NCBI RefSeq assembly: GCF_035084215.1
Contig: NC_090328.1
Location: 65,472,001-65,536,000 of the forward strand
DNA: 64,000 nt
Reading direction: 5' to 3'
DNA from: Heptranchias perlo
Taxonomy: Eukaryota
Shown: in pieces, positions 12,998-25,153 of the stretch
How positions within the stretch are numbered: position 1 is the stretch's first letter
Layout: the number at the start of each line of letters is the position of its first letter
Notes under the pieces: generated by a model
Told to the model about the DNA's origin: nothing
Database searches by the model: none
Seen by the model: the letters and a program-made list of their open reading frames with translations, nothing else
Made by a program: the position numbers and the translations under genes

Positions 12998-13331
12998 ATA
13001 CAGTGCGGAATGCTGTCACAAAAAGACATTGCAAGGTTCATTTTTGCAACCATTTATTTGCAGTCTGCTACATTTTGCATTACAAAGTGTATGCGTCCAT
13101 TTCATGCTTTAGCCTTATTAAAGATTTGATGCAAAAATATTTAAATGAAAATCTAGCTCAATTTTATGGCTTTTACATCAAATTTCTTCTTTTTTCCTTG
13201 CGCACCTATTTGGAATGGGAACAAAGGGAAGTTCCATGTGCCAAAGAGCTGTTAAATTGCTCTGGGCTATGTATATTTTTTGTATTTTTGCAATTGTTAA
13301 GGGGTAAAAAATCAATCAGGGTTGCCCCTCC

Positions 13332-13530
13332 GGGGAATAAATTTTCATCTTCAGAATTTCCAATGCAGAGCTTATACATTGGTAATGTGTATGAAGAATC
13401 TGGGCACCATGAATTTCCATACATTGAAATTAGTGGATGTAAAATCGCAGAGGTGGGTTCCCAAATTCCCAATATGTGTTCCTGGTATGTGAAGCTCTGC
13501 ACTGAGAACATTGAAGTTAGAAATTTTACC
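13332..13530. mobile_element. Palindromic MITE
   Basis: Arms AAATTTTCATCTTCAGAATTTCCAATGCAGAGCTT and AAGCTCTGCACTGAGAACATTGAAGTTAGAAATTTT are imperfect inverted repeats. Confidence 0.6.
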
Positions 13531-15171
13531 ATCGACCATTGAGTTGTGCTGTATGCGTGGACATTAACAGAGGATATGCTTAGGATAGACTGTGATACTC
13601 TCCCACACCGACCCCCAGAGTCAAATAGACTGCTGATGCTCACTGTCCAGACCCGTGCATAAATAATCAGTTTTACTTGTCGTAAAGCATTAGTAGACAT
13701 GAGATTATTTCTCTCAGAGCATGTTTACCATCAGCTTTTGCAACAACTTGGCAAAACTATCAGAGACTACTCTATAACTTGCCTGTATAGCTTAAAGAGA
13801 TCAGTGTGCAGTCTCTAAAAGGGATAATTCATCTGCAGTGTTAAAATATTACACCAAGTGTGGTTGATATTACACTATCTTGAATGGCACTACTAACCTG
13901 CTACTGTACTCTGATTATTACCATCTCTCGTTGATCATCTATCCCAATAGGTCATAGTCTGATACCACTGGATTTTATATGGATAAATCAAGTTTTTTGC
14001 ACATTAGCCTATAAATTACTTTTGGCAATGACAACAGATGAATGTTTTAATGCATTTGCATGATATTCTTCTGTCCATTATTTTAACAGGGGTGTGAACT
14101 GATGTGAAATAAATTTGTTAACGCTTTAAATTAAATAATCCGCAGGGGGATGTCATATAAACGGGTTATGCTTTTGTCTGCTAATACTGCTAACAGTCAT
14201 TTCTAGGCTATTGTAAGTTTTGAAAGCTTACCCTCTGTCATTTAGAATTCAACTTATGTTTCCCATATCAATCACCATGAACATGTATCCAATTTATTTC
14301 TGTATTTGTTTTGAACTCCCTTGTCATAGCTTTGCTGTTTGCATAAACTGTTCTGTGTTGTACTTGGATGGGAAAAGTAAAATGATGTAATCGGATCAGC
14401 ATTTTGCCAATGGCATTCTTCCCAGCCAAGTACCTATGTGGAACCATTTTCAAAGTTTCTTCTAATTCAGTCTCTGCTGAATTACACTGACTCTCTTAAC
14501 TGTTTAATGCAAGTTTGACCAGGTATACAGTTCAGTAAAATTTATAGCAGTACATAAAGACATGCATCAATGTTCCAACTTGTTTATTACTAAGTGATTT
14601 TTTTTTTGTTAAATGGCAAAACTGTTCAATTTAAACCAAAAGAAAAGTATGCTTTGATGTTAGAGGTGACAAACTGAACTTCATTTATCACATTTCTTGG
14701 GACTTTATCGATTATCCAGCTTTTAAGTATCCATAGGCATTACATATCTCTGTAGAAAATTCTTAATTTCATTTCACCTTTATTGTTCCAGTGCGATTAA
14801 AGTCATTGGGGCCAATTTTCCTCTGAGGTTACACCAGCTTCCCCCATAACTTCACCAAGATGGAGGTGGGTCAGGTGGAAGCCGTTCCTTCGGCTCCGCA
14901 CTGCGTGTCACCAACTCAATACCTACTGCCACTTCTGGGATTTCCTGCTGGATGTGACATTGGATGTTCAATATGTCTGCCAAATATTGCCGGATCTATT
15001 GTAATGACATACATATGATATGACATATTTCTTGTCATTTGTGCCAAAGCAACTCTGGGAGCAAGGCCATCGATTCAACTGGCCTAACATATGGTTGGTG
15101 CAAGGGGAATGGGATGTAATGGAGCGCAGCAGGGGCGCTCTGGAATGAGGCACAAAGGAGATGGAGGACAA

Positions 15172-15972
15172 AGGTGGTACATTTTGGTATGAAGAATAAA
15201 GAGACCACATTCTCCTTGGAAAATAAGAGTCTAAATGGGGTAGAGGAGCAGGGGGATCGGGGGGTACAGATACACAAATCACTAAAAGTAGCGATGAAGG
15301 TTAATAAGGCCATAAAAAAGCAAACAAAGCACCTGGATTCACTTCTAGAGGAATAAAATTGAAAAGCATAGAAGTTATGTTAAACTTGTATAGAACTTTG
15401 GTTAGACCACACTTGGAGTAGTGTTAACAGTTCTGGTCTCCATATTATAAAAAGTATATAGAGGCATTGGAGGAGGTGCAAAAAAGACTTACTAAGATGA
15501 TACCAGAATTGAGAGGTTATACCTTTCAGGAAAGATTGAACAGGCTGGGGCTCTTTTCTTTAGAAAAGAGAGGACTGAGAGGTAACCCGAGAGAGGTTTT
15601 TAAGATCATGAAAGGGTTTGACAGGGTAGACATAGAAAAGGTGTTTACACTTGCGGAGGAGATCAGGACTAGGGGCCATAAATATAAGATAATCACTAAT
15701 AAATCCAATAGGGAATTCAGGAGAAACTTCTTTACCCAGAGAGTAGTTAGAATGTGGAACTCGCTACCACAAGGAGTAGTTGAGGTGACCAGCATAGATG
15801 CATTTAAGGGGAAGCTAGATAAACACATGAAGGAGAAAGGAATAGAAGGAAAGGTTGAGAATGTTAGATGAAGAAGTGTGGAAGGAGGCTTGTGTGGATC
15901 ATAAACACCGGCATGGACCTATTGGGCCAAATGGCCTGTTTCTGTGCTGCACATTCTATGTAATCTATGTAA
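15172..15972 (+). mobile_element. 5'-truncated CR1 LINE (C-terminal ORF2 and 3' UTR)
   Basis: VHFG, RLNRLGLFSLEKR and RRNFFTQRVVRMWNSLP motifs; tail TTCTATGTAATCTATGTAA. Confidence 0.92.
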
Positions 15973-16612
15973 AGGAATGTAGTACAGTGGGCGGTGGGGG
16001 TAGTTGGGGGGGGGGGGGGAGAGACAAGAACATGGTACAGAAATTTAATTTAAAACTATTGGTCCTTAAGAAAAGTAGGAGCTTACGGCTTTATAACCCC
16101 AATGATTTGACAAAATGTGATGGTCAGTGACCTGAAAGGATTGTTTCCCGGAACTAATTTCCAATCTAAATAAAATATTGTCAAAGTAACCTGGTCTCTA
16201 AGGTATATTGTTATTTTAAAAAAAATTTTGGAAGCAGACTAATAGAGGCCTGCCAATTCAGGACTATTTGCTCCAGATCTGCTGTGGTAATTGTCAGTTA
16301 TTAATGAATGAAGTGGCTTCACTCATTTCAATGATTCATTTCATTGGAATATGGTATTTCAGACCATCCTGGAGACCAATATCACAAGATAAACATGGAG
16401 CTGTCTGATACCACGAAAGTCTCTGGTATATTTCTGAGTCTATTCTACCCTTCTTTACTGTCAATCTCAAAGGTGAATTTCAACTCCATGTGCCTTCTAA
16501 AGTGTCTTCACTCGCCTTACAACCTGGGTAAATGTTCAGTAATGTGTCTGGATCAATGAACAGAAACCACATCTATTAATTAATTTTAAGTTGCTACAAT
16601 CTTAAGGGGAGA

Positions 16613-16789
16613 GGGGGGTGAATATCCACAGGGATTCTCCTGATCAGTCGCTGCAACTTTGGTGGAAAATCGGCGTAAACCCCAAGGAAACAATGTAAAT
16701 GCCATTTACACCATTTCTCTATGATTTCCATGGATTTTCCTCCAAAGTTAACGTAGACAATCAGGAGAACCCCCATGGAAAACTCTCTC
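16613..16789. mobile_element. Hairpin MITE (near end-to-end palindrome)
   Basis: Arms TTCTCCTGAT..AACTTTGGTGGAAAATC and GATTTTCCTCCAAAGTT..ATCAGGAGAA around a centre TGTAAATGCCATTTACA. Relatives lie at 54738-54835 and 59783-60686. Confidence 0.75.
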
Positions 16790-17537
16790 CTATGCCTCCA
16801 CAGGAACACTCCAGTTCTCGATAAGCGATAAAGCATCACGTCAGACATTGCGCTAGGTTTAAACTATTAAACAAATTTATCAAACAAATTATGAACAAGT
16901 GAAAATGTAATAACTACTAGACATTCTATTGACTATCTCCTTGAAAGATAAAACAATAAAAGAATGTAATTTCTTTATGTTTGCAGTTATTTTCTTTCTT
17001 GTGTTCTTTACTAACCATGGGAGCTAGCTTATCTACCTTATCTATCTGTGAATATTTCAATCTGTCTGGCTCAATCCCACTCAATTGACTCTCCTCTGTT
17101 CTCCCTTTTTATACCCTCAAACAGTTACAAAGCCCTGTTAGACTTCCATGACTGCCAGTCCATTGAAAAATAACTGGCTGTTATATTCAATAACGGAACC
17201 AATCATGAAGTATATATGCATTTAAAATCAGTCACCATGGAAACGATAATGACAAACTTCGAAACAAGTGTCTCAATATAGACTTGGACAGTGAAGGTGA
17301 TTTTTTAAACTCTTTAGCCCCAAAAATCAGCGGAGATGGCATTCTGATGCAAGTGTCAGCATCTACCCACTTTGACGCTAAGCCATCTGGAATATATAGG
17401 GTCAGGGGCACATTCCCTCATTTATATATGAATGGTGGAACTCTGACAGAAGGGTGACTGCTCCTGAGGTGGAGATGTGGTGGTGGTGGTGGGGCGGGGA
17501 GGGGCGTGCGGGGTGCCAGAGCCCATCTGGAAATATT

Positions 17538-18146
17538 GGGGCGATTTTAATCCACCCTGCCCAGTGGGAATGTGGTGGCGTGCAGTTAAAATCACCTTCA
17601 AAAACCTACCACCCCATTCCTTTTCCATTTCTGCCTGCTGACAGCTTTACTGGGCCCTTTTTTTAGGCAGTTGAGACACCCACCTGGCTCAGGCTGGAGC
17701 CTCATTAAAACATGCAAACCAGGGTCCTATGTTGTCATTAGGATCCAGATGGCATTTTAACCACCAGCTGAGTGAGGTACCCACTGCAGCCGTCCCGCTC
17801 AGTAAAGCCTGTCGAGGAAGAAGCGAATGCCCTAATAAGTAAGGTTTAAACTTATCTTTGTTGGGCCAGGAGGAGCAGAAGTGTGTCTTTTGACTCCACA
17901 GGAAAAGTCTGGGACTCTGCTGCCCTGGGCTCCACCTCCTTCCCATCTGCAAGACCCTGGCAACCCCCACCCTCTCAATCCATGACTTATCTGAGTGCTG
18001 ATGTGTAGCCTGATTTCCACCTGCTGACTGGATGTAAATGAGATCCGGGAGTTAAACTGATGCCTTCTGGGGGGTGGGGGGGTGGGGTTTGATGCTCGTC
18101 CTGCCCCCCTGCCCACCTGAAACCCGCTCCCAGCTAAAATCACCCC
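17538..18146. mobile_element. Non-autonomous TIR element (Harbinger-like MITE)
   Basis: GGGGCGATTTTAA ... CTAAAATCACCC termini around a GC-rich interior similar in style to the other MITEs in the window. Confidence 0.55.
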
Positions 18147-21100
18147 TCCCATCCTGTTTGTAGCCCATTGTACAAATGTTTTAATGATCTTCAGGAGTCA
18201 AAGTCAGTTGCCAAGCCTAGACCTCCAGATAGACTTTACATATGCCGACCAGCAGGCCGATGCACCTGTTTGCAATAGGTGTACTAGCCTACTTGCAGAC
18301 TGCACGCTGGGACCAAGGAATATTCCAGCCTGCAAAGCTCCTCCTCCAGCTGGCTCTCTCTGATGCTTGTGTCTTGTTGAGACAGTCGGAGGCTCCACCC
18401 TAAACAAGGCCAAGTAGAAACTGTTGGGGAAGGCCTGGGCCTGGCATATCTAGGTCCCTGACTAACCTTTGGCCCTTCCACCTCAGTCCCTCCAGACGTA
18501 TGGCAGACAGCCCTTTTATCTAAAGTGCTTGAATTAAAGGGACATTTTTTGCCACTGGCCCTATTGTCTGAGTATGAAGCAATACCCAGCAGTAATATAT
18601 ATTTTTTAAGAGTCTGGCAGTTCTAGATCAGCACCCAAGCCTCCATTGAAATGGATGCCTTCCATTTCCCACCCCTCCCACCCCCACACCACTATCAAAC
18701 AGATCGCCAGTGCTCACTGTCCAGTCTCACGTATAACGAATGGCCACTTGGATGGGGTAACAAAGGAATGGTGATGCCTATGAAACTGTACCCCAGTATG
18801 AGCCACTACCTTCTGGAGAGAATGGAAGAAAAATGATGGGAAAAAAAACGCAAAGAATACTGTAGTATATAAAATGTCTACTGTATAAATGTGAATTATC
18901 AATAAATCTCCTAATAATATGACTTTGGTGTCAATGGCCAGTATTAATGTATCATTTCCTGAACAAAAGAGACTGCTAATCCAAAGAAAAACAACACTTC
19001 AGGGATTGCTTTGCATTTTTCTCTTGCTCGAGCCATCACTTCATCTGCCCGTGCATTTAATCTGATTATCCAATCATCCATTACAACTTACCAAATGTAC
19101 TTATATTCATAAAGAAATGATCTACTGACTATAAAGGATGTTTTGTGTATGTCTGAATGAAAAATTACCAAATGAAGAGAGAGGAAAATCCTTAGAATAG
19201 AAACTACCCTGGCTTCTACAGTCGTAAAGGTCAAATAAAAATTTGATACATTGTCTTAATCAAGCACAAGCACCCTTTTCCAAACCCTTGCCAATGTTGC
19301 TCTGGATCCAGCTGGTAGCTGGTGCAGGACACCAAGCATGGTGACTGGATTGTAGTGGTGGACTTTTTGCCAGTTATTACATCTTCTCTGCCCCTTCCAT
19401 TTCAGGGCTGAGGTCACAAACTCATGTGGGGAATCAAAGGCCCAAACTTGCATCCCACCATTGCATGGTACAATGCTTTGGAGAACTGTCACTGCACTGC
19501 CCTTTCTAGAAAAAAATCTAAATGAATCGTTGTGTAAAAATATCGACAATTAAGGTTCAAATTAGGTTTTCAAGTCAATCCAAACCTTTTAACCTGACCT
19601 TCACTTTTCATGTTATAGTCCTCAGAAAGACCATGGGCAAAGTATAGCACACTACTCATCTGAACATTAGGCGTGGAGCAATATTATGGTATATTGTATA
19701 TGAATTCACATTCCTGCCATGGAACTTTGCCTGCTGAGAGTGCTTATCAGAAATTCGGGAATGGGATCAGTGGGTCCCGTAGGATTTTCAAGCCATTAAA
19801 ATTAATGGTCTAATATACTCCCGGCAGTATTTTGCATATATGTGTAATGTTCCACCTTCAATGTTTCATTAGTATAATATGTGGACCATATTATTACTAA
19901 GTAATGAATTGTTAATGATCACTCAAAAAACCACTACAAGACGCTCTCCCTCCATTTGGGGACCTTGCGGCCTTTATCGTTTTCTTCCTGGGAGCTATTG
20001 CCACCTGCCACATGGTGACTCCAGGAAGTGGCAGTTAATGGGGTGGGTGGGAGGGAAATCTGAGCCTTGCTACTTCCCTGTCTGCCTCCCACCACAATTT
20101 GCATGTGGCATGTTGGGCAGTAGCAGCCAGTGGCAGTTCCGGGACAGGGCCACAGTAGAGAATCCAGACCAAAGTATGTGAACATTCAAAGCCTGTGAAC
20201 TCAACCACTTCCTGGTTTGACAAGTTATGCAGGTAACTTAATCCTCTTTTCTACAGACTTAACTTAAGTCAAATGCAATTCTGGTGTAAATGGCGGAATT
20301 CCTGAAATAGCAGATTTGGCCCTCATTATCCTCTCATTTGCATGGACTATTTTGGGAGTGGGTACATCATCTGCCAGCTGCCATTTCTATTGGAATTTAG
20401 CACGTAATTTAGAATGGATGTAACTCTTTTATCTCTGATTTATGTCCCAAATTCCAGTCCACTATACCAGAACTACATCGTTTTTGCACCAAAACACAAT
20501 CAGAGCTTTCTGATTTTCTTAAATCATTCCAGGGTTTTCACCTCCATTTCTCTACCCAGGAGTCCATTACATGTGCCTAATCATGGTGTTGAAAACATAA
20601 AAGTTTAATAAAACAGGCCTCAACAATTGTTTAGGATACAGCCTGCTACCAATTAAGTAAAATTTTGAAATATACTTACCTGAATGTGGAGTTGAGACGA
20701 GCAGGAGTGCTCCTCTTGACCCCTGGCCTTCACTCTCCTGAGGGTCAGTGAGACACTAGTGTTCTAGTGCTTATCTGAAAATGAGGTGGAAACCAAACTG
20801 CTCATCCAGAAATGCAAATTTTAACAAAGGCTCGACTTTCGAGTGAAGTAGTGGGTGCTTTGGGAGCGGGGGGGGCTCCAAAAATAGCAGAAATCCCGAG
20901 CGGGTTCAGAGGCCGGCTCCAACCCACAGACTTCCGGGTTCCGCACTGACACGTCCGGGTGCGTGCGCGCCTCCCGAATGCGGAAGTCCACCAGCAATCA
21001 AAGCTGGCGGGATGACAATTAAGAGACTTATTTACATACTTGAAGTACTTGAAGTAGTTCATTTTGTCCACATTGAAGCAGGGGTCCGATTTTTAAACAT

Positions 21101-21379
21101 CCTCAGCGTGTTTCCTGTGCTGTGGGAAACACTCCATGTTCTACCAGGCGTGTTTCAGCCAGCAGCCAGTTGGACATTCAAATGCTTGTTTGACAAATGG
21201 GGAGAAAAGGTGAGTTCTTGCTGCAGGCCCCTTAGTTCTTTCACACAAACTTATGGCTGGGAGATCTTTGTGTATTCACTGAAAATTCTTACTTTCCACT
21301 CACAATCCTTCTGTTCACACATATTTAAATACTTTTCGGACCCCCTCGAACTCACACCATTAGGGTGGGGGGGGGGGGG

Positions 21380-22074
21380 GCGCCATGGCTGCATTCACCA
21401 CTACACCCGAGGACGAGTAACATCACCATCCTCACCAGGCACAGCGTGCACTTCTGCCACTTGCAGCTCGACAACACAGTGCTGCGCCACAGGCACCTGC
21501 ACAAGAGCACAGAGGGCAATAATAGAGAGAGCGATGTCGCAGGAGGCAGTACCATCGCAATAGGGTCTACAGACCGAGGCTCAGCTTCATGGACCTCTCT
21601 GAGGAGCAGTGCATATGGAGGCTCAGAGTGAGGCACCAGATAGTCGCAGATATCTGCAGCCTTCTTCATGCCGAGCTGCTCCCGCCTGGGTCGAGCAACA
21701 TCTCATTACCCGTTGCTGTCAAAGTCACCACTGCCCTCAGCTTCTTCGCCTCCGGATTATTCCAGGGTGCCACCGGGGACATCGCCGGGGTCTCTCAGTC
21801 ACCTGCACACAAGTGCATAAGGCAGGTCACTGACGGCTTGTTTCGCAGAGGCTTGCAGTACGTCGACTTCCCCATGGACGACCTCAGTCAGACGGAGAGG
21901 GCAGTGGGATTCTATGCTGTGGCTGGCTTCCCACGGGTGCAGGGTGCAATCGATTACACCCATATAGCAATACGAGCACCTCCATATGAGCCAGGACTGT
22001 TCATCAACAGAAAGGGATATCACTCCATCAATGCTCAGCTCGTTTGTGACCACTGCAAAAGATTCCTTCACGTG
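21380..22074 (+). pseudogene. Harbinger transposase (HARBI1-like), N-terminal half only
   Basis: DLSEEQCIWRLR, LPVAVKVTTALSFFASG, GFPRVQGAIDYTHIAIRAP and NRKGYHSINAQLVCD. Truncated before the second and third catalytic residues. Confidence 0.9.
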
Positions 22075-22258
22075 AAGCGCTTCCTGCACTGGATCCAGGT
22101 GCAGGAGATGTTGCTGGAGCTGGCCACCTCCTCTGCGACCTCGAGCCAGGCCTCCTTGGTGGTAGAGGCAGGCCGCTTCCTCCCATCCGCGGGGTAAAAC
22201 ACTTCCCTCCTCCTCCTCACCCCGTCCAGTAGCACCAGGAGTGAGGTGTCGCTGAAGC
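22073..22258 (-). pseudogene. Harbinger Myb/SANT gene, first-exon region (start lies at about 25153-25177)
   Basis: Minus-strand translation SFSDTSLLVLLDGVRRRREVFYPADGRKRPASTTKEAWLEVAEEVASSSNISCTWIQCRKRF. The upstream codons (V/M)EQYRGKA lie on the far side of the LINE. Confidence 0.85.
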
Positions 22259-25153
22259 TTTTTTAAAATTCGTTCATGGGATGTGGGCGTCGCTGGCAAG
22301 GCCAGCCTTATTGCCCATCCATAATTGCCCTTGAGAAGTCGATGGTGAGCCACCTTCTTGAATCGTTGCAGTCCGTGTGGTGAAGGTTCTCCCATGGTGC
22401 TGTTAGGAAGGGAGTTCCAGGATTTTGACCCAGTGACGATGAAGTAACAACGATATATTTCCAAGTCGGGATGGTGAGTGACTTAGAGGGGAACGTGCAG
22501 GTGGTGTTGTTCCCATGTGCCTGCTGCCCTTGTCCTTTGAGGTGGTAGAGGTCGTGGGTTTGGGAGGTGCTGTCGAAGAAGCCTTGGCGAGTTGCTGTAT
22601 CCTGTGGAGGGTACACACTGCAGCCACGGTGCGCCGGTGGCGAAGGGAGTGAATGTTTAGGGTGGTGGATGGGGTACCAATCAAGCGGGTTGCTTTGTCC
22701 TGGATGGTGTCGAGCTTCTTGAGTGTTGTTGGAGCTGCCCTCATCCAGGCAAGTGGAGAGTATTCCATCACACTCCTGACTTGTGCCTTGTAGATGGTGG
22801 AAAGGCTTTGGGAAGTCAGGAGGTGAGTCACTCGCTGCAGAATACCCAGCCTCTGACCTGTTCTTGTAGCCACAGTATTTATATGGCTGATCCAGTTAAG
22901 TTTCTGGTCAATAGTGACCCCCAGGATGTTGATGGTGGGGGATTCGGCGATGGTAATGTCGTTGAATGTCAAGGGGAGGTGGTTAGACTCTCTCTTGCTG
23001 CCTGGCACTTGTCTGGCACGAATGTTACTTGCCTCTTATCAGCCCAAGCATGGATGTTGTCCATGTCTTGCTGCATGTGGGCACAGACTGTTTCATTATC
23101 TGAGGGGTTGCGAATGGAACTGAACACTGTGCAATCATCAGCGAACATCCCCATTTCTGACCTTATGATGGAGGGAAGGTCGTTGATGAAGCAGCTGAAG
23201 ATGGTTGGGCCTAGGACACTGCCTGAGGAACTCCTGCAGCAATGTCCTGGGGCTGAGGTGATTGGCCTCCAACAACCACTACCATCTTCCTTTGTGCTTG
23301 GTATGACTCCAGCCAGTGGAGAGTTTTCCCCCTGATTTCCATTGACATCAATTTTACGAGGGCTCCTTGGTGCCACACTCAGTCAAATGCTGCCTTGATG
23401 TCAAGGCAGTCACTCTCACCTCACCTCTGGAATTCAGCTCTTTTGTCCATGTTTGGACCAAGGCAGTAATGAGGTCTGGAGCTGAGTGGTCCTGGTGGAA
23501 CCCAAACTGAGCATCGGTGAGCAGGTTATTGGTGAGTAAGTGCCACTTGATAGCACTGTCGACGACACCTTCCATCACTTTGCTGATGATTGAGAGTAGA
23601 CTGATGGGGCAGTAATTGGCCTGATTGGATTTGTCCTGCTTTTTGTGGACAGGACATACCTGGGCAATTTTCCACATTGTCAGGTAAATGCCAGTGTTGT
23701 AGTTGTACTGAAACAGCTTGGCTAGAGGCGCGGCTAGTCCTGGAGCACAAGTCTTCAGCACTACAGCCGGGATGTTGTCGGGGCCCATAGCCTTGCATGT
23801 ATCCAGTGCACTCAGCCGTTTCTTGATATCACATGGAGTGAATTGAATTGGCTGAAGACTGGCTTCTGTAATGGTGGGGATATCGAGAGGAGGCCGAGAT
23901 GGATCATCCACTCGCCACTTCTGGCTGAAGATGGTTGCAAACGCTTCAGCCTTGTCTTTTGCACTCACATGCTGGACTCTGCCATCATTGAGGATGGGGA
24001 TGTTTACAGATCCTCGTCTCTTGTTAGTTGTTTAATAGTCCACAACCATTCACGTCTGGATGTGACAGGACTGCAGATCTTTGATCTGATCCTTTGGTTG
24101 TGGAATCGCTTAGCTCTGTCTATAGCATGTTGCTTTCACTGTTTAGCATGCATGTAGTCCTGTAGCTTCACCAGGTTGGCACCTCATTTTTAGGTACGCC
24201 TGGTGCTGCTCCTGGCATGCTCTTCTACACTCCTCTTTGAACCAGGGTTGATCCCCTGGCTTGTTGGTAATGGTCGAGTGAGGAAAATGCCAGGCCATGG
24301 GGTTACAGATTGTGCTGGAATACAATTCTGCTGCTGCTGTTGGCCCACAGCGCCTCATGGATGCCCAATTTTGAGCTGCTAGATCTGTTCTGAATCTATC
24401 CCATTTAGCATGGTGGTAGTACCGCACAACGCGTTGGATGGTGTCCTCAGTGTGAAGACAGGGCTTCGTCTCCACGAGGACTGTGCGGTGGTCGCTCCTA
24501 CCAATACTGTCATGGACAGATGCATCTGCGACAGGTAGATTGGTGAGGACGAGATCAAGTAGGTTTTTCCCTCGTGATGGTTTACTCACCACCTGTCGCA
24601 GGTCCAGTCTGGCAGCTATGTCCTTCAGGACTCGGCCAGCTCGGTCAGTAGTGGTGCTACCGAGTCACTCTTGGTGATGGACCTTGAAGTCCCCCACCCA
24701 GAGTACATTCTGTGCCCTTGATACCCTCAGTGCTTCCTCCAAGTGGTGCTCAACATGGAGGAGGACTGATTCATCAGCTGAGGGAGGACGGTAGGTGGTA
24801 ATCAGCAGGAGGTTGTCTTGCCCACGTTTGATCTGATGCCATGAGATTTCATGGGGCCCGGAGTCAATGTTGAGGACTCCCAGGGCCACTCCCTCCTGAC
24901 TGTATATCACTGAACCGCCATCTCTGGTGGGTCTGTCCTGCCGGTGGGACAGGACATACCCAGGGATGGTGATGGAAGAGTCTGGTTGTTGCTTGACTAG
25001 TCTGTGGGACAGCTCTCCCAATTTTGGCACAAGTCCCCAGATGTTAGTGAGGAGGACTTTGCAGGGTCGACTGGGCTTGGTTTGCCTTTGTCGTGTCCGA
25101 TGCTTAGTCGTCCGATGCCGGGTGGTCCATCTGGTTTGATTCTTCCTTGAATT
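22258..25153 (-). mobile_element. Near-full-length CR1-clade (Zenon-like) LINE, frameshifted EN+RT
   Basis: EN motifs LTNIWGL, ITTYRPPS, VGDF.VHH and LDLVLTN..RSDH; RT motifs KAMGPDNIP, NYCPISLLS and MFADDCT. The 3' end is GCCAGCGACGCCCACATCCCATGAACGAAT plus an A-rich tail. The subclade name is inferred. Confidence 0.9.

Noticed and set aside
13003-13700. Overlapping antiparallel ORFs of 179 and 164 aa
   Set aside because: No recognisable domain, and they span a palindromic MITE.
21380-22197. Domesticated HARBI1 host gene
   Set aside because: It is truncated, fused to antisense Myb sequence, bounded by transposon termini and multicopy in this window.
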